DNA of 64,000 nt from an uncultured delta proteobacterium. GTDB lineage: Bacteria; Desulfobacterota; Syntrophia; Syntrophales; Smithellaceae. Every line of letters begins with the position of its first letter. The stretch's first letter is position 1. The translations under genes were made by a program, and so were the position numbers. The stretch is taken from assembly GCA_963753975.1 (NCBI GenBank), contig CAVWEH010000002.1:640001-704000 (forward strand), written 5' to 3'. Below, piece after piece: positions 10,115 through 22,532 of the stretch. A model generated the notes under the pieces. It was not told the DNA's origin. It ran no database searches and saw only the letters and a list, made by a program, of their open reading frames with translations.

Positions 10115-12501
10115 ATATTCCCCCGGACAGTTTTATAATAATCTTCGCGGCCGCATAAGGCCTGAAACCGGCAGTATTCACACTCTTCGCAATCATGCCC
10201 AGGCAAAAGTTCGCTGCCGCCGATAATCGCATCCAGGCGCTCCTTGATCGCCAACATCAGCGCAGCCGCCTCGACGCTTTCTTTCTCCGGGAGTTTTATC
10301 TCCCGATCTTTTGATGGTTCCTTCAGAAAATAAAAACGCGCGCCTTGAGCGCCCTTGTTTAAGTGCTGATAGATAACAAGCTGTGCTGCGGGGTGCAGAA
10401 TACCTTTTTCTTTAAAACGCTCCAACACGGTTGTTCTAACCGGAGGATTAAACTTGTCTTTCTTTTTTGAATATTTGAAATCAATAACCTCAGTGCGCCC
10501 AGCTATCTTTGCCAATCGGTCCGAACTTCCTGTTATTTTATAGCGTCGGGCGATTGTACCACTGAATTTTTCCTCGCAAGATATGGCATTGTCGGCAAAA
10601 ATTATTCGTTCACCTGATTCTTTCTCGTCCTCAAATATTTCCCTTAAAAATATTTTCGCGTTGAGCATGTAGATATTTATCCCGTCAACATCTCTGATCG
10701 CAGCGTTTTCATCACTAATCCAGAGCTTGTCAAAGAGCTTCTCCCAGTCAGCGAACCTGTCCTTGCCAACGGTTGAGAGCTGTTGCAGGAATTTATGAAC
10801 AAAACTTCCCATCTGCATATTAATTTTTTCGTCATCATCCATAAACGCGGGGGGCTCAATCCCAAGGATATATTGATAGTAAAACAAAAAAGGACAGTTC
10901 AGTATCTTACCTAGGCTCGAAAAAGAATAGGTGAAATCCTTCAGCTTATTCCTTAGATTATCATCAATTTTTATCGCAGGCTTTTCAGCTCTTTGCCTCA
11001 CCGAAAGCGATTCTTTAAATGCCGTTGCTGTAATTGATTTTCCGAATTCCTGCGCCAGCAGGCTCATGAAGTAGCTCGGTGTTCTTTCTCTTATTATATC
11101 GGTTACCGCGACTATCTTGATTTTTTCGCCCTGAGCCAGAATCTGCCGGAAAACAAGATCCTCATATTCAAAAACACTTTTTCTCAGTTGCGGAACATGC
11201 ACCGGATTAATGAAAGGTCCTTCAAAGGGCTGCGAGGGCATAATGCCGCTATCCAGAGAAAGTATCAGTCCCCTGCTGAATTTCTCTCCCGAAACATGGC
11301 CAAAACCGACAACTTGCACCGGCGCTGATCTGCTTCCTGTGACGCGGAATTTTTTAGCTTCTATCAATATTTTCGCGGCATCAGACAGATTAGGCCCCAG
11401 CCTCTCTTTCCACTCATCAAGAAGAGTGGAAAAAGATACTGCCACCTCAAACGCCTCACACTCCTCGCGAACATAACTGTCTCTGTTCATGGATAACTCC
11501 ATCGCACAGGTTGTGGCAAATCTCCTGAAATCGGGCGTTTTTCCCAACGCTTGAGCTTTTTCTACCTCAGCGAGCAGCCTCTTTGCCGCCGCAGTTGTCG
11601 AAAACGGCAGCCAGACGGCAAGATTGACAGCATTCCCGAAGAGGCGCAGCGATCTGTTCCAGAGCATCGGTGTGAGCGACTCATCAAGCAGAAATAACAT
11701 CAACTGATCATTACCTGATTTTTCTTTGAGAAAAGCGGCGACCTCCAGCGTGACAAGGTCAACCAGAGCATGAAGTCCGGCCAGCGAGACCAGTTCAATG
11801 CTCGTTCCTTCCGAAGAAGGTGTAATCCCTCCGCCGAAGGATAAGACAAGATTCTTTGCCGAATCGAAGGGCAGCTTGTCCGGACCGGATAAATCAGTCC
11901 CGAAAAGCGGCTCATCAATGAATAATCTTTCTTTTCTTATTTTTCTGTAGAAGCGCTCGGTAACCGGCGTCATCTCGGGAAGTCCGATAAATACTTCCTT
12001 TTCTCCGGGAGTTATCCCGTCGAGCAGAGATATTTCCAGTTCCGGCGCGAAAAGATTTATCCGAGAGAGCCATTCACGAAAATCCTGCGCGGTTTCCAGG
12101 TATTCCTCAAGCCTATTCCATTCATCCTCGGTAAACCGCTCGGCACCGAAAATTGTATCCCTGCCAATCTTATATTCCGCAAGTCTAGCGATCAGGGGCA
12201 AAAGACCGGCGGCACGTCTGGCGGGGTATTGCTCATCCGGGAATCTTTCAGCCAGGAATTGGATAAATAAAAAAAGCTGCTCTTCACTGGGAACAGGATG
12301 GAGATTCAGTTTATTGCTGATTTTTTTAGTAATGTATGAATCAAGACTTGCGACCTGGGGCAGGATACCGCCAAGCTTGCCGTGTATAAGGTTTTGCAGG
12401 GGGTCTACAGCCCTTTCGTTGGCACAAATTATTGTCCAGGCGGAAAGATCGGGATGATCAATCCGCAGAAGCTCTATTATCTTTTCCGAATATTGCAACA
12501 T
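10111..12501 (-). CDS. addB: AddB-like PD-(D/E)XK nuclease subunit
   Basis: C-terminal SFSSL..CPFLFY..GSFVH..GSSDR..IDFKYS..QLVIY..CEYCRFQALC; overlaps the addA start by 4 nt. Confidence 0.75.
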   Translation of the reverse strand: MLQYSEKIIELLRIDHPDLSAWTIICANERAVDPLQNLIHGKLGGILPQVASLDSYITKKISNKLNLHPVPSEEQLFLFIQFLAERFPDEQYPARRAAGLLPLIARLAEYKIGRDTIFGAERFTEDEWNRLEEYLETAQDFREWLSRINLFAPELEISLLDGITPGEKEVFIGLPEMTPVTERFYRKIRKERLFIDEPLFGTDLSGPDKLPFDSAKNLVLSFGGGITPSSEGTSIELVSLAGLHALVDLVTLEVAAFLKEKSGNDQLMLFLLDESLTPMLWNRSLRLFGNAVNLAVWLPFSTTAAAKRLLAEVEKAQALGKTPDFRRFATTCAMELSMNRDSYVREECEAFEVAVSFSTLLDEWKERLGPNLSDAAKILIEAKKFRVTGSRSAPVQVVGFGHVSGEKFSRGLILSLDSGIMPSQPFEGPFINPVHVPQLRKSVFEYEDLVFRQILAQGEKIKIVAVTDIIRERTPSYFMSLLAQEFGKSITATAFKESLSVRQRAEKPAIKIDDNLRNKLKDFTYSFSSLGKILNCPFLFYYQYILGIEPPAFMDDDEKINMQMGSFVHKFLQQLSTVGKDRFADWEKLFDKLWISDENAAIRDVDGINIYMLNAKIFLREIFEDEKESGERIIFADNAISCEEKFSGTIARRYKITGSSDRLAKIAGRTEVIDFKYSKKKDKFNPPVRTTVLERFKEKGILHPAAQLVIYQHLNKGAQGARFYFLKEPSKDREIKLPEKESVEAAALMLAIKERLDAIIGGSELLPGHDCEECEYCRFQALCGREDYYKTVRGNM

Positions 12502-12643
12502 GTTGCCTCGCGATGGACATTAATGTTTCTTTTAACCAATTTATTGCTGACGAATATTTTCCTGGCTTTTTTTACTTTCCTATTTTACGTAAATTGAATA
12601 ACATAATTTTTACAAAACCAATATCAATTTTCATTAATAAACT

Positions 12644-13594
12644 ATGGGCTACACATTAAACACTACAGACAGTTACCACATAAACGATTTAAATTCTCTG
12701 GGATGGGAATTAACCGTTTGCAATGCTCTGTACCCGCAAAATAGTCCTTGCCGCAGAGTTTTGCAAACAAAGGCTTCTTTAGGAGTTAACCTCTACCGGT
12801 TTTTAGAAAAGCTTATTCCTATTAAGGAGATACATAATATTCTGGAAGTCGGCGGAGGCCTCGGGTACCTGATGCATGATTTCCTTATGCTTAACCCGCA
12901 ACTTACGCCAACCATGCTCGATATTTCTCCTTATCTTTTGAAAAAACAAAAGGAAAATTTAAAGAGCTTTGAAGTTGATTTTTATGAAAACGATATTTTG
13001 AAAATGGAAATTAATGAGTTTGCAATCTTTGATTTAGTCATTATGAATGAAAATCTTGGTGACCTGCCCACCATGGTTGCATATCCCGGTAAAATATCTA
13101 ACGTGGAAGAAAACCCTGCGTACTACTTGGAAAAAGCAAACTATTTCAGCAAGAAATATAAGATACCTTTTGCGGAAGAAGAAAATATCAATATCGGCGC
13201 TATGGTTCTCTTAGAAAATATTTGCCAAGCTGGAGTAAAATACATATATCTCAGCGAACATAGTTGCGAATCCAGAGTGCCGGAGAGACTAAAGTCTTGC
13301 ATTAATATCGAATCAGCGGGGATTCCTGAAAAGATACCGCTCAAAGGCCATGATGAATACACTCTTAAATTTTCTTACTTGCAAAAAATTGCGGAAATGT
13401 TTCATTATAAAGTCAGGCGCGGGCCGATAGCGGATTTTTTGTCTTTGCAGATCAACAGCAGGGTTTTGGCCGCGCTTAGATTAGTGACGCCTTTTACTTC
13501 CGATCAAGAAATTATCCGGCATTTCATTTATGATCTTTATAAATATGAATATATGATTTTAATTAAACGGAAAAGCAGGAGGAAGCCATCATGA
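12644..13594 (+). CDS. Class I SAM-dependent methyltransferase (MidA/NDUFAF7-like motif)
   Basis: ILEVGGGLG, MLDISPYL, NENLGDLP. Confidence 0.75.
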   Translation: MGYTLNTTDSYHINDLNSLGWELTVCNALYPQNSPCRRVLQTKASLGVNLYRFLEKLIPIKEIHNILEVGGGLGYLMHDFLMLNPQLTPTMLDISPYLLKKQKENLKSFEVDFYENDILKMEINEFAIFDLVIMNENLGDLPTMVAYPGKISNVEENPAYYLEKANYFSKKYKIPFAEEENINIGAMVLLENICQAGVKYIYLSEHSCESRVPERLKSCINIESAGIPEKIPLKGHDEYTLKFSYLQKIAEMFHYKVRRGPIADFLSLQINSRVLAALRLVTPFTSDQEIIRHFIYDLYKYEYMILIKRKSRRKPS

Positions 13595-13956
13595 ATATTA
13601 TGACAAAAGTTTTAGTTGTTTGTTCTATCGCCTTATTTTTTGCCACCGCCGATTGCTGGGCTTTTCGCTGCGGATCAGGTCTGGTGAGCAGCGGCACCAC
13701 TAAAACGCAGGTGCTGATAACTTGCGGGAAACCAACTTCCAAGGAAAAGACATGCGAAAATCGCCAGCAATACACAACGACAGACAAATACGGTAAAATC
13801 AAAAAAATTAGAAAATGTGGCAAAAAATTAGAAATATGGCACTACAACTGCGGCGATATGGATTTCATTTACGCTCTTACCTTTGAAAATAACATTTTAA
13901 AAAATGAGACTACCGAAGGCCGCGGCAAAGGTAAATCAGATTGCAGAGGAAAGTGA
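13591..13956 (+). CDS. DUF2845-family exported protein
   Basis: Signal peptide, AFRCGSGLVSSG..VLITCGKP..EIWHYNCG..LTFEN. Confidence 0.8.
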   Translation: MNIMTKVLVVCSIALFFATADCWAFRCGSGLVSSGTTKTQVLITCGKPTSKEKTCENRQQYTTTDKYGKIKKIRKCGKKLEIWHYNCGDMDFIYALTFENNILKNETTEGRGKGKSDCRGK

Positions 13957-13979
13957 ATTATGCTTTTTATGTAAAGCTG

Positions 13980-14101
13980 TAATTGAAGCTCTCCGCGACA
14001 AGCCGCGGAGAATCTTCGCTTCTCAAGGAACAATATCCTTCAGTATTCGGTCGCTTACCCGAAAGCTCGCTACAGGGAATGCTCGCTGTCGAATTCAATT
14101 A
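13980..14101. mobile_element. About 120 bp MITE-like element, copy A
   Basis: Terminal inverted repeat TAATTGAA...TTCAATTA; internal hairpins; colinear homologue at 45588-45706. Confidence 0.7.
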
Positions 14102-14797
14102 TTAAGCCCATCCTTCCGCCGCCAGAGCGTCATGTAATTCGTCAGGATGATGGCGGCACCTATATTCGAGATGACTTGACTCGGCATGAGCTTTGCTGTA
14201 TGGCCATCCTTTAGCCATGCGGTTCCTCTCGTGCAGCTCATGCACGAGCACATAACCTCGTTCCTGTTCAATTATATCATCATCAATCCACACTTCATTT
14301 CCCGGAACAAACTCGTAGACCTTATCATGTCCGCCTTCTGTAAAATCAATATCAAACGTACTCCTCACCAGCCTGCCGTTGACCAGCCAAACTGTGATTC
14401 CATTTTCCAGTTTTTTCCACATTTTTTCGTGCATTTCCTTTCCGTCGGGGAGCTGCTGACCAAGCTTGGTAATTTTTCTCAAATCGCCGGCGCGCCTACG
14501 TTCTTTCCTTTCCTGCTTATCAGCTTCTACTATCGCATCTTCGTATGGCATTCCCTGTTTCATCAAGCGATATTCTACCAGCAAGTGTTCAATAAAAAAT
14601 TGTCTCTCATCTTGATGAGCTTCCTTATCCAGCCACAGTTCTTTTTCCGGTATATAAGAATACCGGAAGTGCTGGCCGAAATTAGTGAACTCCTCATCAG
14701 TATGCCCGCGAATGTAACTGCCGTCGACTATCCAAATCTTAAGATCTCCGCGTTTATCTATCAATTTTATGTAAGGAAGCTTTAGAGTTTCTTTCAT
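14102..14797 (-). CDS. Hypothetical protein with a tandemly duplicated domain; second copy has an HExxE motif
   Basis: IWIVDGSYIR..EEFT..YIPEKELWLD..ERQFFIEHLLVE aligns with VWLVNGRLVR..IDFT..FVPGNEVWID..ERGYVLVHELHE. Confidence 0.75.
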   Translation of the reverse strand: MKETLKLPYIKLIDKRGDLKIWIVDGSYIRGHTDEEFTNFGQHFRYSYIPEKELWLDKEAHQDERQFFIEHLLVEYRLMKQGMPYEDAIVEADKQERKERRRAGDLRKITKLGQQLPDGKEMHEKMWKKLENGITVWLVNGRLVRSTFDIDFTEGGHDKVYEFVPGNEVWIDDDIIEQERGYVLVHELHERNRMAKGWPYSKAHAESSHLEYRCRHHPDELHDALAAEGWA

Positions 14798-14905
14798 GGT
14801 AATATCCTCTTTTTTGTTGTATATCGGCTTGTATTATTTCAAAATTGTCTGACTTTTTCAATACCTAAAGCCTACTAAAAGCATAACACTAATTCTTTAT
14901 CTGCT

Positions 14906-17006
14906 TCAGCTCTCCAATAAAGCAATCATCTTGCTTATGCTATTGGTGGGCAATTGGCAGGAGTAATTGGAACAGACATAAGCAGTAGCTTTGCCGCCGA
15001 TGTTTGATTGTGCCTCTAAAAAAGGTGCAATTCTTTCTATGTCCGGAAGAATCTCGGTGGCCGGCCGAAAAAGAACCACCTTATTGGGCACAAAAACAGC
15101 TCTCAACGCCTTCACCATATCCTGCGTATCCTGCTTCTTCGGGTCTCCGGCAATGACCACTTCATATGCTGGCCCAAGAGCAAAATCGAACGCTACAAGA
15201 AGCTGTGTATATGCGACCGGAAACTGGACGACTTTGGCGGAGAATATTTTCCCGATTGCGGCAGACCTACCTTCTAATTCGGTGTTTCCGGTTATCCGTG
15301 CCAGACGAAGAAGATTAAGCATGGAGACGGAATTGCCCGAAGGTACTGCACCATCGTATGCCTCTTTCTGACTAATCAGCAGTTTTTCACCGTCGTCCGG
15401 TGTAAAGTAAAATCCGCCATCTTTTTCATCCCAGAAATGATCCAGGAGATGTTTGTTCAATATGAGGGCAGTATCAAGATGGCCTGTTTCAAATGTAGCT
15501 TCGTAAAGTTCGATGAGGGCCCAGATGATAAATGCGTAATCATCTACTGTTGCCGGAATGGATGCAATACCATCCCGAAAACGGTGTAAGAGTCTTCCAT
15601 CAGAGGTGCGCATGCGGTTAAGAATAAAATCGATTGCCCGACGAGCGGCCTCAGCAAAAACAGGTTCATTAAACACCTGTGCCCCTCGCGCCAAAGCGGC
15701 AACCATAAGGCCGTTCCAATCGGTCAGAATCTTATCATCTTTGAATGGATGTATGCGCTTATCTCTCTCCGCCAAGAGTTTTTTTCTAATTTCGTTTAAT
15801 TGTTCGGTTAATTCCTCTTCAGGAATATTCAACTGCTGGACAGTTTTATGGAGCGGACTTTTGAGATGTGGAATAAAGTGTCCGGCTAGTTCCGGTTCCG
15901 AGATAATACTTGCGGCGGCATAATTTTCAGCTTTAAAAACAGCTAAAAACAAATCGGCATCTTCTTTTTTTAGAATAGCGCGAATCTTTTCTTCCGTCCA
16001 AAGATAGAACTTGCCTTCCACCCCTTCGCTGTCGGCATCTTCTGCGGAGTAAAAACCTCCATTCAGTGTCCGTCATATCACGCAATACATAAGTAAATAT
16101 TTCCCGGACCGTATTTTCGTATTCTTTCTTCCCCGTCGCCTGATACGCCTCAACGTAAGCCATGGCCATGAGGGCCTGATCATAGAGCATCTTCTCGAAG
16201 TGCGGCACGAGCCATTTTGCATCTGTTGAATATCGATGAAAGCCGAATCCAATCTGGTCATAAATACCTCCCCGGCGCATATGCTGAAGAGTCTCTTCCA
16301 CCATTTTTAGCGCTGCGGATTCATTCTTTCTTTTCCAGTATCTCATTAGAAAATAAAGGTTGTGCGGTGTCGGAAACTTGGGTGCATTGCCAAAGCCTCC
16401 GTAACGCCGGTCAAAACTATGGACAAAAGCTTCAAAAGCTTTGTCTAAAGTCTCTTTTCCAAGATTCTGGGCTGGCGCTTTTATGTTCAATGTTTTTAGC
16501 CCGCGGGTAATATCATCGGCTGCTTTTACTGCTTCCTCACGGTGGGTAGTCCATACTTTTCTAATCTGGGGAATCAAGTCCAGCATTCCAATTCTTCCGT
16601 ACATTGTCTCTCGGGGAATATATGTAGCGGCAAAAAAAGGCTTTTTATCGGGCGTCATCAATATCGTCAGGGGCCAACCGCCGCTATGTGTCATCAGCTG
16701 ACAGACTGTCATATAGATGTTGTCGATATCGGGACGTTCCTCACGATCTACCTTGATGCAGACGAACACATCGTTCAGCATTTGCGCCACTTTTTCATCG
16801 GCGAAAGATTCATGCTCCATGACATGACACCAGTGGCAGGTGGAATAACCAATGGAAAGAAAAATCGGTTTGTCCGCCCTACGGGATTTTTCGAAGGCTT
16901 CCTCGCCCCAGGGATACCAATCAACAGGGTTTTGCGCATGCTGAAGAAGGTAGGGGCTTTTTTCATTCTTTAAGCGATTTTGCTTCATGACGCTTTCATT
17001 TTTCAT
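14906..17006 (-). CDS. Thioredoxin-domain YyaL/SSP411-family protein, one +1 frameshift near 16061
   Basis: [41 protein letters not shown]; removing one T restores [19 protein letters not shown]. Confidence 0.9.
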
Positions 17007-17062
17007 TCAGCGCGCCGTCATTGTGGAAAAAGTTTTTGACTTGCTGTTAAAAAAGTTCTCTA

Positions 17063-18022
17063 CTAACGAATCTGTTCCGCGACAGCCTTCATACCGGCTT
17101 TATCCGAGATAAGAGTGATATGGCCGACATCCGGCACTATGATTATTTCTGCGTGCGGCTGAGAAGATGCGAATACCGGCAGATATTTCTGCGGATAAAA
17201 CAATTCATCATTTTTCCCTACCATTACGGTAAGGGGCTGCTTCGCGTTTTGCATATCAACTTGATAATTGTAATGAGGCCCAAAGTTACTCCAAAGCCTG
17301 TATGAATAAGTCGCGGTTTGATACTGGGCTGTTTTAGGATCGATGGCAAAAGCGAGTACAGGTAAATGACCGAACCATTTTTCGCCGATAGGACCAAGCA
17401 GGGAAAGGCCGATGATCCGCGGAACGCTGGCATCGGCCCACTCACTGTTATTAGGCCTTGTGGTTGGCGCATCGTACCGTAAAAATGGGGCCAAGAGCAA
17501 GTAGCTGGCAAACAACTTCTGCCGGCTGCTTCCGGCAAACCGCAAGGCAAAACCGCCGCCCGCCGAAAATCCAACCAGTGTTGCATCCTGCTTGCCTTTT
17601 AATGCCTGATTAACGAAGTCTTCGAGATCATCTTCGAGTTGACCAACGTAAGCGATATCCCCTTTGCTACCCGAATCGCCGTGACCGCGTATATCAGGTA
17701 CGTACACTGCCATCCCTTGTCCCTGCAAATATCCGGCAAGAGCATGCATGCTTCTACTTGCTCCTGATGAGCCATGTATCAACACTATTGTGTGTTTGGC
17801 TTGAAGCGCAATATAAGCACGATAAGCGAGCTGAGTTCCGTCACGAGCGGTATAGTGGCTGAGCGGCGGCAGATGGGAAAAGTCCATGCTGCGAAACGGT
17901 GCGGCGATTAATTCCATAGTTGGCGGGGACTTGGGTGAAGATAAGGCAATAGCAGCCGCAATCCCCGCACAGATTATAATTATAATACCTATTACTAAAC
18001 ATACCCATGTTGCTATTTTCAT
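17063..18022 (-). CDS. Alpha/beta hydrolase with N-terminal membrane anchor
   Basis: LIHGS, DIRGHGDS, GFSAGG nucleophile elbow, VGH. Confidence 0.88.
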   Translation of the reverse strand: MKIATWVCLVIGIIIIICAGIAAAIALSSPKSPPTMELIAAPFRSMDFSHLPPLSHYTARDGTQLAYRAYIALQAKHTIVLIHGSSGASRSMHALAGYLQGQGMAVYVPDIRGHGDSGSKGDIAYVGQLEDDLEDFVNQALKGKQDATLVGFSAGGGFALRFAGSSRQKLFASYLLLAPFLRYDAPTTRPNNSEWADASVPRIIGLSLLGPIGEKWFGHLPVLAFAIDPKTAQYQTATYSYRLWSNFGPHYNYQVDMQNAKQPLTVMVGKNDELFYPQKYLPVFASSQPHAEIIIVPDVGHITLISDKAGMKAVAEQIR

Positions 18023-18282
18023 TTTTTACCGGGCCTCCTCCATTTGTTTTTCACCTGCCGCACCTTTAATTACAATAGCCGCGGTGTTGTCGGAAAAAAT
18101 TCATATCGAACTTAACTTATCAATCTAATTATTGCAATTATTTTATAAAAATACGTATTGGAGAACGAATACCCCTACTTTATGATTTTTTCTAATTGAC
18201 AATTAAGACGGGGTTTATTATGGGAAAAGCGTATTTTAAGATTAACATCATCCTTAAAGAATCACACAAAAGGAGGTTACGC

Positions 18283-18615
18283 ATGAAAACAATCCGTCAT
18301 CTCGCAGCTTACCTATTATTGCTTACAGGCATACTGCATGTGCCCCCAATAATCAAAAATCCCTCGGACCCCAACGCCCTTCCCATGCTGGTGTTTGGAA
18401 TTGTGTATTTTACCATTGGTGTTCTTCTTTACCTCGACATTAAGTACTCAAAATATCTGGGACTGATCTTCCCGCTCATTGGACTGGCGACAGGCTTTGG
18501 TGTTGTCGGCATAAAAAACTGGACTGCCATGCTTACATTTCTTTTTGCTATTGATGCTGTAGTAGCGATATGTTGTGTTCTGCTTATCCTCAAAACAAGT
18601 GAAAGCCTAGGCTAA
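18283..18615 (+). CDS. Small 4-TM membrane protein
   Basis: AGGAGG RBS before ATG 18283; four hydrophobic segments. Confidence 0.7.
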   Translation: MKTIRHLAAYLLLLTGILHVPPIIKNPSDPNALPMLVFGIVYFTIGVLLYLDIKYSKYLGLIFPLIGLATGFGVVGIKNWTAMLTFLFAIDAVVAICCVLLILKTSESLG

Positions 18616-18705
18616 CCAATAGCCTTCGATTTATTCTAATATCAAAGAGTTCAAACAGTAATCAATTTTTTTTGCTGGTCCCAGCAAATTGAAGGAGGCG
18701 GCATT

Positions 18706-18975
18706 ATGACACAGTCGAGAATATTTTTCCTTGTTTCGTGTTTTATCGTGACCTTGTATTTTTTAATTTTCTCTTTTTCTAACATCTCTATAGCGGAACA
18801 AACACGTATAGAAAATTGTATTAATTGTTGCACCAGCAAAGAGCAATCCTGTTTTAATATAAATCCAGATAGGAGACTATGTGATGTCGAATTTCAAAAC
18901 TGCGTTGCCACTTGCAATTCGGAAGGCAATTCCCCTTCATCGTGGGATGATTGTTGGTCTCAGTCCGGCGAATAA
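18706..18975 (+). CDS. Small Cys-rich exported protein
   Basis: AAGGAGG RBS, signal peptide, CINCC..C..C..C..C..C mature part. Confidence 0.65.
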   Translation: MTQSRIFFLVSCFIVTLYFLIFSFSNISIAEQTRIENCINCCTSKEQSCFNINPDRRLCDVEFQNCVATCNSEGNSPSSWDDCWSQSGE

Positions 18976-19174
18976 TCAAATATGAATTAATTACATGGAC
19001 AGTGAAATTGAACATTCTGAACGTAATCTTCAACCTTGCTGGATCAAATATAAGTTAAGCGTTTGTAAATGAAAGCGATAGTCGAGACGAGACTTAATTT
19101 GACAGTGTTTCGAAAGTCAAATATAGTTCAGGACAATTAGTACGTGTAGTATGCGACTTTCTTCGAAGTCGCCT

Positions 19175-19876
19175 TTACTTGCGGTCTTTGATCAGCATTG
19201 TCGCCGGATCAAGGAACAAGACCTTTTTCGCGGAATCGGCCGACTTTCCTTTCAGAACTTTAATATAGACTTCATCAGCCTGCGCCGCCAGTTGCACAAT
19301 AACTTCGAATAAATCGGCTATATGTAAAAAAGAACGCGGTAGATCGTTTTCCGCGCGTTCTTCATGCCGGTGCGCGTGGACGGTAAACCAAATTCTTATC
19401 GAATATTTCTTGGCCAGTTCCTTTAAATGCAAAAGCGGCCCGCGTCCCGATTCATCAAACTTTAATCCGTCAATAATCAAAGTATGCGGCTTAAAAATAT
19501 TCTGTTCCATTAGCTCGGTTAAGCGCTCTTCGAGCCTGGGCACACTGAAGCTTTCCACTTTAAAGATCATGATAAAACGATGCGGCTGAATATTTTCCCA
19601 ATAATCCTTGATTTCCGTCGCACTGAAACTTGCCGCGATATTCTGAAACAGCTCCTGATACCATACATCGACTTTGCTTACAGCGTCGTGAAGGCTTACA
19701 TGCAATACATTTTTTTCCCTGATCATAGTGTTTAGCGCCATTTGCACCAAGAGAGCGGTCTTCCCCACCCCGGCATGCGCAATGACGGCACCAAAACCTC
19801 CATCCGGCAAGATGTCTTCATTTTGATAGCCAATATTGGTCAGTGGATTACGGTAGACGATTTCCTTTTTCAGCAT
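19175..19876 (-). CDS. RecA/KaiC/DnaB-like P-loop ATPase-fold protein downstream of fusA
   Basis: GFGAVIAHAGVGKTALLVQMA..VLHVSL..LIIDG; start reassigned to ATG 19876 with GAGG RBS. Confidence 0.7.
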   Translation of the reverse strand: MLKKEIVYRNPLTNIGYQNEDILPDGGFGAVIAHAGVGKTALLVQMALNTMIREKNVLHVSLHDAVSKVDVWYQELFQNIAASFSATEIKDYWENIQPHRFIMIFKVESFSVPRLEERLTELMEQNIFKPHTLIIDGLKFDESGRGPLLHLKELAKKYSIRIWFTVHAHRHEERAENDLPRSFLHIADLFEVIVQLAAQADEVYIKVLKGKSADSAKKVLFLDPATMLIKDRK

Positions 19877-19958
19877 GATAATATCCTCATAAGTTAAATG
19901 GATGATATTTTCTTCACGGTTTAACGCACTGGTGTTTTTGGACATCTTTTTTAAAGTA

Positions 19959-22047
<2,089 letters not shown>

Positions 22048-22099
22048 TTATCTTTTCCCTTTTTTCAAAAAAATCTTCCTTTCTAATAATTACTAAAAT

Positions 22100-22234
22100 T
22101 GAGTCTCATTATCCACATACGCTTCAAACTGCGCTACGCTCGCTGTGGTGTCATTATCCCGCTTCGTACTACTCGCGGGATTAATTCGACTTGCGAACAT
22201 TGCCACGCTGCACTCGCAATGTCCGCGTCTCATT
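22100..22234. repeat. Multi-hairpin repeat element in the fusA leader, bounded by GTCTCATTA direct repeats
   Basis: Hairpins ccaca..tgtgg, atcccgc..gcgggat, acattgc..gcaatgt; degenerate relative at about 23575-23682. Confidence 0.55.
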
Positions 22235-22345
22235 AAAAAAAACCCCTCATTTGGAAGAGTCTCTGCCAGATGGGGGATCCACCATAAACGAGTCTTAACC
22301 TTTGTAAGGAGAGCGCTTATATATGTTACACTGCAATATGTCAAG
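22235..22345 (-). promoter_or_regulatory. fusA promoter with leader terminator (candidate attenuator)
   Basis: Minus strand TTGACA-N17-TATAAG, then CCCCCATCTGGCAGAG-A-CTCTTCCAAATGAGGGG-T8; 12-codon uORF 22285-22247 spans the hairpin. Confidence 0.6.
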
Positions 22346-22427
22346 TTAATATTTATTTTCTGCTACTTCATTGTCGCTACTTCGGTGAAGTCTAATTGCG
22401 GTGATTTGTAATAAGAAAATTGGAACA

Positions 22428-22454
22428 GTAGGGGCCAGTTTCAAACTGACCCAC
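22428..22454. repeat. GTAG-type REP-like palindrome
   Basis: GTAGGGGCCAGTTTCAAACTGACCCAC. Confidence 0.55.
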
Positions 22455-22532
22455 GACCTTTTTACACTATCAACTTGACAGAACTTAGGGAATACATATA
22501 TTTATAATTAAATAAACCAAAGGAGCAGAAAA

